Source: an uncultured Ferruginibacter sp. (lineage in GTDB: Bacteria > Bacteroidota > Bacteroidia > Chitinophagales > Chitinophagaceae). From it: a stretch of 64,000 nucleotides of DNA. Within the stretch, counting starts at the first letter, position 1, and each line of letters opens with the position of its first letter. The notes under the pieces were generated by a model, which saw only the letters and a list, made by a program, of their open reading frames with translations, was not told the origin of the DNA and searched no databases. Shown here one piece after another: positions 46,535 through 56,762 of this stretch. The position numbers and the translations under genes were made by a program. The DNA lies in the NCBI GenBank assembly GCA_964645235.1, contig CAZYAT010000009.1, positions 9,374 to 73,373 on the forward strand. The letters are read 5' to 3'.

Positions 46535-48028
46535 ATGCAAACAGATCAAAATGCTTTATCATCCATTGAAGGAGCCACTTACCAGAAGACTAAATGGAGT
46601 CAGTTTGTGACCCTGATAAGTGTGTTTTTCTTTTGGGGATTCGTTGCAGCAAGTAACGATGTTTTAATACCTGTATTCAAGGAGAAGTTGCAGCTTACCC
46701 AGGTGCAGGCACAAATGGTTTCATTTGCCTTTTACGTCGCTTACTCAGTTGGCTCGATCCTCTATTTCCTCATCAGTAAAATGCTCAAACAGGACCTGCT
46801 CAATAAGATCGGGTATAAGAATGGCATCAGCGTTGGGCTGATCGTTTCGGCGATCGGTACTTTATTATTCATCCCTGCGGCCAGTTCAGAGTCTTTTGTA
46901 CTCTTCATTTCGGGCTTGTTCGTGATCGGGCTGGGTTTCTCCTTGCAGCAAACTGCTGCCAACCCGCTGGCGATCAATATGGGAAGTGCCAGTACCGGTG
47001 CTCAACGCCTGAGTATGGCAGGCGGGATTAATAACATGGGAACCACCATCGGCCCATTGATCGTTAACCTGGCCATCTTCGGCTCTGTATCCGCCATTGC
47101 AGTAAGTTCGCTAAGCGTTGTAAAAACACCTTACCTTGTACTTGGCGCCGCCTTTTTGGTAGTGGCAGCAATATTTTATTTCTCATCCGTACCCAATAAG
47201 CTCATAAGCAATACCGAAGAACTGGCGGAAGCAAAATCGAACTGGGTGGATCGCGGATCTCCATTCAAGTATCCCCAATTGCTGCTGGGAATGATCGCTA
47301 TCTTCGTTTATGTTGGAGTGGAAGTAAGTACAGCGGCTAATCTTCCCGAATTCATGAGGCAAAAACTCAATACCCCTACCAGTGGTGCCGCCCCCTACAT
47401 CTCTCTTTTCTGGGCCAGCCTGATGATTGGCAGATGGACCGCTTCTGCCGATGCGTTCGGTTTCGGGGAAGGTGCTAAAAAGGTATTACAGTTCCTGATG
47501 CCTTACCTGGCTTTCGGGGTATTTTTATTGGTGAATGCTATTGCAAAGCACGACCTCGAAGATTTCTATGTATACGCAGCCGTGATCGTGGCATTGATCA
47601 TCGCCAACCTGCTGAGCAGGGGAAACCCGGCAAGGCAGCTGCTTATTTTCAGCATTTGCGGAATCATTGCCCTTTTGGTTGTTATGTTCTCTCCTAATCA
47701 CCAGATCAGCGTATATGCCATCTGCAGTGTTGGATTGTTTTGTTCAACCCTATGGCCCTGCATTTTCACATTGTCCATTTCAGGATTGGGTAAGCATACC
47801 AGTGAAGGTTCCAACTTCCTCATATTCATGATCTGCGGTGGTGGCCTGGTGAGTCTTTTGCAGGGATACCTGTCTGCCGATCATCTGCTTGGCATCAGTA
47901 TGTCTTATGTGGTGGGTATCGGATGTTTTCTTTACCTGGCCTATTATTCTATAAGGGCAAAGGCTGAACTCAAAGACCAGGGCATCGACCTCGATGAACT
48001 GGCCAATGCAAAGGGTGGCGGGCATTAA
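46535..48028 (+). CDS. MFS sugar transporter (FucP/GluP family)
   Basis: FFFWGF, LQQTAANP, YVGVEV, STLWPCIF; about 14 hydrophobic segments. Confidence 0.9.
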   Translation: MQTDQNALSSIEGATYQKTKWSQFVTLISVFFFWGFVAASNDVLIPVFKEKLQLTQVQAQMVSFAFYVAYSVGSILYFLISKMLKQDLLNKIGYKNGISVGLIVSAIGTLLFIPAASSESFVLFISGLFVIGLGFSLQQTAANPLAINMGSASTGAQRLSMAGGINNMGTTIGPLIVNLAIFGSVSAIAVSSLSVVKTPYLVLGAAFLVVAAIFYFSSVPNKLISNTEELAEAKSNWVDRGSPFKYPQLLLGMIAIFVYVGVEVSTAANLPEFMRQKLNTPTSGAAPYISLFWASLMIGRWTASADAFGFGEGAKKVLQFLMPYLAFGVFLLVNAIAKHDLEDFYVYAAVIVALIIANLLSRGNPARQLLIFSICGIIALLVVMFSPNHQISVYAICSVGLFCSTLWPCIFTLSISGLGKHTSEGSNFLIFMICGGGLVSLLQGYLSADHLLGISMSYVVGIGCFLYLAYYSIRAKAELKDQGIDLDELANAKGGGH

Positions 48029-48079
48029 ACCGGAATAACATCTTTCCGGAAACTTATTACATCATTAATCGGAATTAAC

Positions 48080-49048
48080 ATGGCACAAAAGAAAAGTTAT
48101 GCTGTGGGTATTGATATCGGGGGCACCACCACAAAGTTCGGCATTGTGAACGACCATGGTGAGATATTGGAACAGGGCCGCATCCCCAGCAACGAGCACG
48201 AAATAGTAGAAGACTTTATCGAGGACCTTTATAAAAAGCTCATGCCCATGATCGAAAAATCCGGCGGCGTGAAAAACTTCACCGGAATAGGCATTGGAGC
48301 ACCGAATGGGAATATTTACACCGGCACCATCGAATACGCCCCCAACCTCAAATGGAAAGGCATCATCCCTTTGGCCGAGCTGATGGAAAAAAAGTTCGGC
48401 CTCCATACCCGGCTTACCAACGATGCAAACGCGGCCGCTATGGGGGAAATGATGTACGGTGCCTGCAAAGGAATGAAACATTTTATTACCATTACGCTTG
48501 GAACGGGCGTAGGCAGTGGTATTGTGATCGATGGCAAGATCGTGGTAGGCCACGACGGCTTTGCCGGTGAGCTCGGGCATACCATTATACGCCCGGGTGG
48601 AAGGCTGCATAAAAGCACCGGTATGCGGGGAAGCCTCGAATCGTATGCCTCGGCAACAGGGGTTCGGGAAACGGCGATAGAAATGCTTACCAAGCATCCC
48701 GAAGAGCCAAGCCTCCTGCGTAATTACAGTATCAATGACCTTACCAGTGAAACGGTTTATGAATGCGCCATCCAGGGGGATAATATCGCAAATAATATTT
48801 TTGAGTTCACGGGACAGATATTGGGTGAATCACTGGCTAATTTCATTATGTTCTCTTCCCCGGAAGCTATTGTATTGTTCGGCGGGCTTACCAAAGCGGG
48901 CAACCTGCTGCTGAACCCCACCCGCAAGCATATGGAGAAAAACCTGCTCCCCATCTTCCAAAACAAAGTGAAACTTGTTTTCAGTGAACTGAAAGAAGCA
49001 GATGCAGCCATTTTAGGTGCAAGCGCATTGGTTTGGGAAATGAAATGA
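48080..49048 (+). CDS. ROK-family sugar kinase (probable glucokinase)
   Basis: GIDIGGT, NDANAAAMGE, TLGTGVGSG, GELGH. Confidence 0.92.
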   Translation: MAQKKSYAVGIDIGGTTTKFGIVNDHGEILEQGRIPSNEHEIVEDFIEDLYKKLMPMIEKSGGVKNFTGIGIGAPNGNIYTGTIEYAPNLKWKGIIPLAELMEKKFGLHTRLTNDANAAAMGEMMYGACKGMKHFITITLGTGVGSGIVIDGKIVVGHDGFAGELGHTIIRPGGRLHKSTGMRGSLESYASATGVRETAIEMLTKHPEEPSLLRNYSINDLTSETVYECAIQGDNIANNIFEFTGQILGESLANFIMFSSPEAIVLFGGLTKAGNLLLNPTRKHMEKNLLPIFQNKVKLVFSELKEADAAILGASALVWEMK

Positions 49049-49075
49049 TCAAAAAAACGAGAAGACGGTATAATG

Positions 49076-49101
49076 AGATAGCCCTCCGGGGAGGGCTATC
49101 T
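49076..49101 (+). terminator. Hairpin after ROK gene
   Basis: AGATAGCCCTC-cggg-GAGGGCTATCT. Confidence 0.75.
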
Positions 49102-49239
49102 TAATTAGTTTACATAGAATTTTATATGATTCTAAAACGGGCCTTGATCTATCCAGTTCCAATTCAATAATCTTTAGGTGTGCCTGCCTCCCTTCGATTT
49201 ATTAATATGGATTTGCCTGAAAGTAAAACCGGGATATTA

Positions 49240-49311
49240 TCAGCTGTTATGAATAATAGCCCAAACCACTGCTACCAGGGATATGGATAATAAAAAGATC
49301 AGTTTTTTCAT
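49240..49311 (-). CDS. Possible 23-aa hydrophobic small protein or gene remnant
   Basis: Manual translation MKKLIFLLSISLVAVVWAIIHNS*; A-rich upstream context; below the ORF-track cutoff. Confidence 0.3.
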   Translation of the reverse strand: MKKLIFLLSISLVAVVWAIIHNS

Positions 49312-49411
49312 AAAGATGCTTGTTTGTTATTTTATTGTTACTAAAAATCGTGCCAGTAACACAATAATTCTTCAGAAAGAAGAAATGGGGAAAACTTAAA
49401 GATGGATCTGG

Positions 49412-50368
49412 TTACTTGCCAGAGATGATGAGAACTGCAGGAACAGGCCTTTGGCCTTCTTTATCGCTGGGCTTAATGGTTTCTTTTCCATTGATAAGCA
49501 GGCAACTACTGCCGCCACCGTCCAGGTTAAGGGCCTCGATACAGCCTAATTCAACCAGGAGCCTTGCCTCCTGTTCCAGCGTGGCACCCTCAGCGATCCC
49601 TGGTGTACGGCCCTGAATGGCCATAATAATAAGGTAGCCGTCGTTGGTGTAACCAATACAGGTCCGGGGATGTTTATCGCTGATGGCTTTGCCCGCGAAT
49701 TTTAGCTCTTCGTCGTTGGTGATCTTAATCTTTCCATCCTGAACGATCACAGGTCCGCCTCCTACCGCTGTCTGAACCTTCCACTTTTTATAATAAAGGT
49801 GTGAATTGTCTTTAAGATATGCGAGCGCAGGGTGAATAATGGAGTCTTTGATCGGCTTCGCTATCGGGACCTGGCTTGCCAGTACATAAGGCATGGATGA
49901 ATCGGACAACGTCCAGGCTACATCCGCTTTCCTTTTTTTAGTGATCCCGATAGCGCCAGCCAGTGTATGACGGTATTGAAAAGTGTCCTTCCCCCTCATT
50001 GGCAATGAATGATTATTGAACCCAAGCAGTTTACCGTTCCTGATCACTACATTCAGGTTCTGGTTCTTATCGAAATTGAAAAAAGTACAGTTTACCACAA
50101 CAAGCGGTTGAGTATTTCTATCGTAAAATTTTGCCGGCGTCAGCCTCCTCCCAAGAGTGGTATCAACCGTAAAATCAAGTGTTCTGTCTTTCAGCCTTGC
50201 TTTTACATAATATGCAATGAAAGGCCTCCCGTCCAGAGAATCGGTCGTTTTATAAACCTTAACAGATGCCGGTAACGGACCATACAATGAATCTACACTC
50301 ACCCAGTTTACCTGGGCGGGAGATAATGCCGGCATTACCAGCAGAATTATCAAAACAAAACGGTTCAT
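49412..50368 (-). CDS. Phosphodiester glycosidase (NAGPA/DUF2233) family exported protein
   Basis: Signal; AVGGGPVIV, HPRTCIG, ALNLDGGGSS. Confidence 0.9.
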   Translation of the reverse strand: MNRFVLIILLVMPALSPAQVNWVSVDSLYGPLPASVKVYKTTDSLDGRPFIAYYVKARLKDRTLDFTVDTTLGRRLTPAKFYDRNTQPLVVVNCTFFNFDKNQNLNVVIRNGKLLGFNNHSLPMRGKDTFQYRHTLAGAIGITKKRKADVAWTLSDSSMPYVLASQVPIAKPIKDSIIHPALAYLKDNSHLYYKKWKVQTAVGGGPVIVQDGKIKITNDEELKFAGKAISDKHPRTCIGYTNDGYLIIMAIQGRTPGIAEGATLEQEARLLVELGCIEALNLDGGGSSCLLINGKETIKPSDKEGQRPVPAVLIISGK

Positions 50369-50394
50369 CGTGTTTGTGTTGTATCGTCCAACGG

Positions 50395-50424
50395 CTCACT
50401 CCTCTTTTTCTGCAACTCACTCCT
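50395..50424 (+). promoter_or_regulatory. Putative LytTR binding site
   Basis: CTCACTCCT twice with 12-nt spacer (21-bp period), upstream of the gene that precedes a LytS/LytTR pair. Confidence 0.6.
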
Positions 50425-50511
50425 TTTTACTATGGAAGCATAATTATATGGATTAGCCTTGTAGCCTAAAATTAAACGTAAGCCATTTTATAAACAATTA
50501 AACTTTTAGTC

Positions 50512-51069
50512 ATGAAATTGAAACACATTCTTTTTGCCTCCCTGTTGACAGTATTCCTATCGCCGGCCATTGCGCAAGAAACTCCCCCGGGTTTTGTGAA
50601 GGGGGCTGTAACACTGGCAGATGGTTCCTTGGTCAGCGGACTGATAAAAGATAACCTGAAAAAATCCGCTTCGGTGCAATTCATCGATGGGAAAGGAGTT
50701 AAAAAAACATACAGGGCCTACGATGTCAACGGGATCAGCATCGGCGAAACCCAATACAGCTGTATCAGTGGCGATTTTTTTAAAATGCTTAGTGTGGGAA
50801 AGATGAATTTCCTTCAAAAAGCAAGTAACGCATCCGGCAACCTGACGTACAACGGAACAGAGGCTATTGCCAGCAGCGGTACGGACGGAAAGATCGGCGA
50901 CTATTTTGTATATGCCAACAACCAGTTGAAACTGCTCAATAAGAAGTCGTTGGAGTCATTCATCAATACTGATCTCAGTATTTGTACCCCAGCGGTAGAA
51001 AAAGCCAGGGAAATCAATGGTGATATCGCCCGGTTACAAGAAGCCGTTGAAATATTCAATAAGAACTGA
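50512..51069 (+). CDS. Hypothetical secreted protein
   Basis: Signal ...LSPAIAQ; beta-rich N-terminus FVKGAVTLADGSLVSG. Confidence 0.75.
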   Translation: MKLKHILFASLLTVFLSPAIAQETPPGFVKGAVTLADGSLVSGLIKDNLKKSASVQFIDGKGVKKTYRAYDVNGISIGETQYSCISGDFFKMLSVGKMNFLQKASNASGNLTYNGTEAIASSGTDGKIGDYFVYANNQLKLLNKKSLESFINTDLSICTPAVEKAREINGDIARLQEAVEIFNKN

Positions 51070-51086
51070 TTCCCCATATCCCATTA

Positions 51087-51112
51087 AGGCCTGGCTAATA
51101 CATGCCGGGCCT
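51087..51112 (+). terminator. Hairpin after secreted protein
   Basis: AGGCCTGGC-taatacat-GCCGGGCCT followed by ATTTT. Confidence 0.6.
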
Positions 51113-51131
51113 ATTTTCATATCTTTACTTT

Positions 51132-52178
51132 ATGAGAAGGACCAATTGCAAAATAGCGTTCAATGACCTCCCGCTGATGCTGTTTGCAATCCCTGTATTG
51201 AGTTTTATCATCCCCATTGTTTTTTTCAGTTGCCGGTTCAACCGCCAGCCATATTTTAGGTGGGAGGAATACCCTGTTACTTTTATCGTCATTTCCCTGC
51301 TATGGGTCGCCAACAGGTACATATTAATCTGGTGCCGTACCCGCTACCCTCTTTTCAAAGAAGTCCGTAAACGATTATTCATCCAGGTCAGTCTCATGCT
51401 CAGTTTTACAGTTGCTGGAGATAACTTGTTGCATGTAATCCTCCGGAAAACGATTTTCCAGGACAATACGGTCAGCATTTTTGATACCGATCAGCTCATC
51501 AGCAGAATTTCTGCCGACGTTTTCTGCGTGATCATGATCATGTGTATCTACGAAAGCATCTATTTTATGTATGCGCTTAAGGACTCGGTGGAAGAAAAGG
51601 AAAAACTGAAACGGGAAAGCCTGCATGCCCAACTGGATGCTTTGCGTACACAGGTGAACCCCCATTTCCTTTTCAATAACCTGAATACCCTCAGTTCACT
51701 GATACCGGAGAATCCAAAGCATGCTGTTGATTTTGTACAACAGCTTTCGAAGGTCTACCGTCACATCCTGGATGTAAAAGACGAGGAATGCATCTTACTC
51801 AAAGACGAACTGGCTGTGCTCAATGCCTACAGCTTTCTTTTGAAAACCAGATTTGGGAATAACCTTGACGTACGGATCGACATCCCCGAAGAAAAGCTGC
51901 AAAAAAAAGTGGTGCCCCTCTCTTTGCAGATATTGATGGAGAATGCCATTAAGCATAACATCGTTTCTTCCGACAAGCCCTTGCGGATCGATGTATTCAC
52001 GGAGAACGGAAGCCTGGTATTGCGGAACAACATGCAGGTAAAAAAACAGGTAAGCGAATCGACGGGTATCGGCCTTGACAATATCCGCAACCGGTACAAA
52101 TTACTCAGCAATAAAGAAGTAAAGGTTACTGAAGAAAACAACAGTTTCACCGTTTCCATTCCCCTCATCGAATCATAA
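51132..52178 (+). CDS. LytS/YehU-type sensor histidine kinase
   Basis: N-terminal TM helices; LRTQVNPHFLFNNLN, LQILMENAIKHN, STGIGLDNI. Start MRRTNCK. Confidence 0.93.
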   Translation: MRRTNCKIAFNDLPLMLFAIPVLSFIIPIVFFSCRFNRQPYFRWEEYPVTFIVISLLWVANRYILIWCRTRYPLFKEVRKRLFIQVSLMLSFTVAGDNLLHVILRKTIFQDNTVSIFDTDQLISRISADVFCVIMIMCIYESIYFMYALKDSVEEKEKLKRESLHAQLDALRTQVNPHFLFNNLNTLSSLIPENPKHAVDFVQQLSKVYRHILDVKDEECILLKDELAVLNAYSFLLKTRFGNNLDVRIDIPEEKLQKKVVPLSLQILMENAIKHNIVSSDKPLRIDVFTENGSLVLRNNMQVKKQVSESTGIGLDNIRNRYKLLSNKEVKVTEENNSFTVSIPLIES

Positions 52179-52936
52179 TGCGTGTATTGATCATAGAAGA
52201 CGAAACACCGGCAGCCAACAGGCTTGCCAAAATGCTGCAGGACATCAGCAAGGAAATTTCCATTATTCAAAAGATCGACAGTGTTGAAGCTTCTGTAGGG
52301 TTCCTCCGGTCAGCCGATGATATCGATCTCATCTTTATGGACATACAACTGGCAGATGGTCTGAGTTTCGACATCTTTTCCCAGGTAAGCATCAATACTC
52401 CCGTGATCTTTACAACGGCATTTGACCAATATACGCTCAAAGCGTTCAAAGTAAACAGCATCGATTACCTGTTAAAACCGATCGATGATAAAGAACTGGC
52501 AGAAGCAGTTGAAAAATACAGGCGGCTTTATGTAAAGGGCGATCGGGGCTATTCGGAAAAATTAGTACAGCTGGTACAGCAAATGAACTCAGCCCGTTAT
52601 AAAGAAAGGTTGCTGATCAAACGCGGACAGCAGTTGGGTTACCTCAAGATCACCGATGTGGCTTATTGTTTTGCCGATGGCAAACTTTGCTATGCCGTCG
52701 ATTTTAATGCCAACCGGCATTTATTAGAAAGCACGCTCTCTCAACTGGAAGGGGAATTACAACCATCCAGTTTCTTCCGGATCAACCGTAACCTCCTGGT
52801 AAACATCGAGGCGGTAAAAAAAGTGCATACATGGTTGGGCGGGAGATTAAAGATCGAAGTACTTCCTGTCACTACAGCAGAAACGATCGTAAGCCGTGAA
52901 AGGGTGAATGGCTTTAAAGAATGGCTTGGAAAGTGA
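52178..52936 (+). CDS. LytTR-family response regulator
   Basis: IIEDE, FMDIQLADG, YLLKP, FFRINR; translationally coupled (TAATG). Confidence 0.95.
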   Translation: MRVLIIEDETPAANRLAKMLQDISKEISIIQKIDSVEASVGFLRSADDIDLIFMDIQLADGLSFDIFSQVSINTPVIFTTAFDQYTLKAFKVNSIDYLLKPIDDKELAEAVEKYRRLYVKGDRGYSEKLVQLVQQMNSARYKERLLIKRGQQLGYLKITDVAYCFADGKLCYAVDFNANRHLLESTLSQLEGELQPSSFFRINRNLLVNIEAVKKVHTWLGGRLKIEVLPVTTAETIVSRERVNGFKEWLGK

Positions 52937-52943
52937 TCAACTA

Positions 52944-53885
52944 TCAACTGCTCAATTTCTCCTGCGCCCATTTGCTGCGTCCATAACCGGGGATGACATG
53001 CTTTTCGCTATGATATGAAGAACGAACTAATGGACCGCTTTCCACGTAATCGAACCCAAGGTCATACCCGATCTGCCTGAATTCGGCAAATTCGTCTGGA
53101 TGAACAAAACGAACAACAGGTAAATGCCTTTGGGTTGGTTGCAGGTATTGCCCGATGGTGACTACATCGACCCGGCTTTGCTTAAGGTCTTTGAGTGTCT
53201 GTACCACTTCTTCTTTTGTTTCCCCCAACCCAAGCATGATACCGCTTTTGGTACGCATCCCGCCCTCTTTCAATATGCGCAGGGTTTCCATACTCCGCCA
53301 GTATTTGGCTTGTATACGCACCTGCCTGGTCAACCGTTCTGTGGTCTCGATATTATGGCTTACCACTTCCGGGGCCGCATCGATCACCCGTTGAATGTTT
53401 TCACGTTCACCCTTAAAATCAGGGATCAATGTTTCAAGTGTGGTCTCGGGGTTCAGGGATTTTACCGACCTGATCGTATTATGCCATATAATGGAGCCGC
53501 CGTCTTCCAGTTCATCCCTGTCCACCGAAGTGATCACGGCATGTTTCACCCGCATCAGGTGGATCGCTTCGGCCACCCGTTGGGGTTCATCCCAATCCAC
53601 TTCCAATGGCCTTCCCGTTGCCACATTGCAGAAACCACAACTGCGGGTACAGATATTCCCGAGGATCATGAATGTGGCGGTACCTTCCCCCCAGCATTCG
53701 CCCATATTGGGACAATTGCCGCTTTCGCAGATGGTGTGCAGTTTATGGGTATCGACCAGATTTCTCACATGGCGGTATTCTTCGCCGATGGGCAATTTAA
53801 CCCTGAGCCAATTCGGTTTCTTTACTCCGCCGGCTGCCGGAGTCTTTTCTACAATTCCGTCAATTACGGGCAACTCTGTCATCAA
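52944..53885 (-). CDS. lipA: Lipoyl synthase
   Basis: [24 protein letters not shown]. Confidence 0.98.
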   Translation of the reverse strand: MMTELPVIDGIVEKTPAAGGVKKPNWLRVKLPIGEEYRHVRNLVDTHKLHTICESGNCPNMGECWGEGTATFMILGNICTRSCGFCNVATGRPLEVDWDEPQRVAEAIHLMRVKHAVITSVDRDELEDGGSIIWHNTIRSVKSLNPETTLETLIPDFKGERENIQRVIDAAPEVVSHNIETTERLTRQVRIQAKYWRSMETLRILKEGGMRTKSGIMLGLGETKEEVVQTLKDLKQSRVDVVTIGQYLQPTQRHLPVVRFVHPDEFAEFRQIGYDLGFDYVESGPLVRSSYHSEKHVIPGYGRSKWAQEKLSS

Positions 53886-53904
53886 AATAAATTATAGCAT
53901 GATT

Positions 53905-54696
53905 TTATTTACGCCTCCCAAACTCTACTGAGAAATAAGCGGTGAAAAAGAACTGTTTTTGCTTGTTATAAAGCATTTGAGGGATCTTCTTTGTGTAATA
54001 CTCTCCGACAACACCGACTTCGATCGCCGATACCAGGTCGTTATAACGTCCGTAATCAAACCGAAATGCCGGTTTTACATACAGCCCGGGAGTAACTTTC
54101 AGGTGATTCCAACCCTGCCCGATGGATGGCCCGCCATAATAAGGCCCGTTCACAAAAAGCAAGCTATCGGGCGAATCGTAGTACACATAGGTACGTTCCC
54201 CTGACTTATCCACTTCCACCCCATAGGCCCTCAATAAGCCAACGGCAACCCCTCCGCCTACATTGGCTGTGGTGGCCACTCCATTCTTATTGCTTTTATT
54301 GCCAAGCAGGTATTGCATCTGAACACCCAGCTTGATGGGATAGAAATAGTTGAGTTTACCATAAATAAGCGGTGCGGTGGAGGCCAGTGGGTTATTCTGC
54401 TTTTCTTCTTTCTGGTGCTTGCGTTCGCTGATCTCCAATTGATACAGGGTGGCCCTGCGGACCGATTTGGCATATCCTTTTTCGAAGAAGATGCCATAAC
54501 CATCAGATATCAACTTTGCCCCGAACAGGAAATGCTTTTTATAAACGATCACCCCTTCTTCTTCCATCCTGATCATTGCATTGATTTTGGCCCTTTTTTG
54601 CTCCTTTCGCGAATTCCGTTGCTTATTGCCGGTTTCCTGGGCTAAACCCGTAATCGCCAGGCAGATGAAGGCAGAGAAGATGAATAAACGTCTCAT
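53905..54696 (-). CDS. Hypothetical exported protein, possible outer-membrane barrel
   Basis: Signal; alternating beta strands; ends FSVEFGRRK. Confidence 0.7.
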   Translation of the reverse strand: MRRLFIFSAFICLAITGLAQETGNKQRNSRKEQKRAKINAMIRMEEEGVIVYKKHFLFGAKLISDGYGIFFEKGYAKSVRRATLYQLEISERKHQKEEKQNNPLASTAPLIYGKLNYFYPIKLGVQMQYLLGNKSNKNGVATTANVGGGVAVGLLRAYGVEVDKSGERTYVYYDSPDSLLFVNGPYYGGPSIGQGWNHLKVTPGLYVKPAFRFDYGRYNDLVSAIEVGVVGEYYTKKIPQMLYNKQKQFFFTAYFSVEFGRRK

Positions 54697-54866
54697 GTGT
54701 GTTTTTTACTAACGTAAATTTATACAAAAATACAGTGTCGGCAGTAAAGATGATGCATTTGGAGTAAGAAGCGCTGCATCCCTACTCCCAAACTTCTAAA
54801 AAGGCGGATTTTTAACAATTAGAAACTCAAGCGGGTCAGTTGAACTGCGGTCAGTGAATAGGTAAC

Positions 54867-56123
54867 CTATAAGCGAAGTAACGAACTACCCACAGCACAA
54901 TCCAGGCATCTTTTTTTGCCGCAGTATTCATTTTTTAGTTGCAGGTATGCCTGTGAATCAAAAGCCGACCGGTTAGGTAATCGCAACGATTCAAATCCTT
55001 TTGTAATGCTGTTCTTTTCCGGTGGTATCCCTTCCAGCCACCTGAGTGCTTTATTCCTGATCCCATTATCGTTCTGTAAATGACCATAGGCAAATAGAAT
55101 AGGTACAGCTGTGTTAATGAGTATGCTGTCGATCATCTGCCTGCCGAGCTTTTTGACCCTGTAAGCTGAATGTTCATCAAACAGGTAATGATAGTTCCAG
55201 TAATCGTTGGCGGTAACCTCCAACAATTTCCCGGCATCGGCCAATTCATCGCACTCCTTGAGTTTGGAAAAGAAATGAAAGCTCTGGTGAACAAGCATTG
55301 CGAGTTGGGCCAATCGAAGAGTGGGAAAACCCGATGGACGCATTCGTAAGAAAACAGGCCGGCTAACGTTTTTTTTCAGTCCGTATTTCCTCTGAAGGAA
55401 CCGGTATTCTCTCTGCAGCATTCCAGGGTACTCTTCTTTGAAATCTGCCTCCAGCAAACCCGATTGTCCAAAGAGAATGGCTTCTACCTGGTGGATCTGA
55501 TTCTTATGTTTTGTCAGTATGGAAAAGGGAACAGAACGAGCCATGGATTCAAATGCTTCGCTGTTGACCGGCGTGCCGAAATTCTTCGCCAGCAGCCACC
55601 AGAAAGTTTCTTCCCAATGGAAGCTGTTCTGCTGAAGATAACTTTTAATGATCTGGGTTCTTGTTTGCAGCCTTTCCACCATCAAACGTTCTTTCCAGGA
55701 TATCCAGGTAATATCCTTTACCTGTTGGATAGTTGATGAACAGGGTATTGAAGCAGCTCTCTTCATCAATTCTTCGTACCTGTGCAGCAAAGGTTTTGGT
55801 ACTTTATCTTCCAGAACAAGTGTGGGAAAAGGAAAGCTCAGGCAGGCATCTTCTTTCCAGACAACGTGAAGGACCACATTGCGGTAATTGATATCATTAT
55901 CGTGATGGTGATTTCTCCAATCGGAGCTGTTGATGTGAATTTCCACACTTCCGGCCCAGGATGTTTTGCCTACCCGGATCTTTGCATTGGTAAAATCAGG
56001 TCCCTGGTTGCTGTTAAATATGCCTGGGTTGATCACCTGGAGTAATTCACCTTCCGATGTAGAAAGTTCCCGAGAATTAAAGTATTGGAATTGCCAGATG
56101 TATTGAAGCAGGCGTTCGGTCAT
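54867..56123 (-). CDS. DUF2851 family protein
   Basis: NQGPDF, GSVEIH, SSDWRNHHH, NVVLHVVW, FLRMRPSGFPTLRLAQLA. Confidence 0.9.
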   Translation of the reverse strand: MTERLLQYIWQFQYFNSRELSTSEGELLQVINPGIFNSNQGPDFTNAKIRVGKTSWAGSVEIHINSSDWRNHHHDNDINYRNVVLHVVWKEDACLSFPFPTLVLEDKVPKPLLHRYEELMKRAASIPCSSTIQQVKDITWISWKERLMVERLQTRTQIIKSYLQQNSFHWEETFWWLLAKNFGTPVNSEAFESMARSVPFSILTKHKNQIHQVEAILFGQSGLLEADFKEEYPGMLQREYRFLQRKYGLKKNVSRPVFLRMRPSGFPTLRLAQLAMLVHQSFHFFSKLKECDELADAGKLLEVTANDYWNYHYLFDEHSAYRVKKLGRQMIDSILINTAVPILFAYGHLQNDNGIRNKALRWLEGIPPEKNSITKGFESLRLPNRSAFDSQAYLQLKNEYCGKKRCLDCAVGSSLLRL

Positions 56124-56190
56124 AACCGCTCAAAGTTATTTACCCCGATCCCTGTTCACTTGATGAATTCAACTATCAAGCCTGTTATTT

Positions 56191-56757
56191 TCAACTTTGA
56201 GGCATATCCTCTAAAGCCTTAACCACCCTGCTTACGGGCAAGCCCATCACATTATAGAAATCGCCTTTGATCTGCTTGATCCCGACCACCCCTATCCATT
56301 CCTGTATAGCATATGCGCCCGCCTTGTCGTAAGGTTTGTAATGATCAACATAGAACTCGAGTTGCTCCCTCGTTAAGGGATGAAATTCCACCTCGGTTGT
56401 TTCTGCAAAGCTGATCTCTTTGTCGCCATACTGAATACAAACACCTGTTATTACCTGGTGCCTGTTACCGGACAGTCTTGATAATATGGATACTGCATCT
56501 TCCCTGTCCTTTGGCTTACCAATCACCTCATTGCCCAGTACCACGATCGTATCTGCTGCAAGAACCGGCTTTTGGCCTGCTGCCATCTTTATTGCCAGGG
56601 CCTTGTTACGGGCAATATGAATGGCGATTTCTTCCAGCGGAAGGTCTGCAGGAAATGATTCGTCTGTTTCCTTTACAAGGATATCGAAGGGTACTTCGGC
56701 CCATTCAAGTAATTGTTTACGTCTTGGGGACTGGGAAGCTAATATGATCTTTTGCAT
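56191..56757 (-). CDS. maf: Maf-family nucleotide pyrophosphatase
   Basis: ILASQSPRRKQLL, LAADTIV, DKAGAYAIQ, NVMGLP. Confidence 0.95.
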   Translation of the reverse strand: MQKIILASQSPRRKQLLEWAEVPFDILVKETDESFPADLPLEEIAIHIARNKALAIKMAAGQKPVLAADTIVVLGNEVIGKPKDREDAVSILSRLSGNRHQVITGVCIQYGDKEISFAETTEVEFHPLTREQLEFYVDHYKPYDKAGAYAIQEWIGVVGIKQIKGDFYNVMGLPVSRVVKALEDMPQS

Positions 56758-56762
56758 AACAA

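Noticed and set aside
53124-53897. 257-aa plus-strand ORF
   Set aside because: Antisense shadow of lipA.
54752-54793. REP-like hairpin (TTTGGAGTA...TACTCCCAAA, with GTAG on the minus strand)
   Set aside because: Single imperfect copy seen, no REP-associated transposase; more simply a terminator-like structure after DUF2851.
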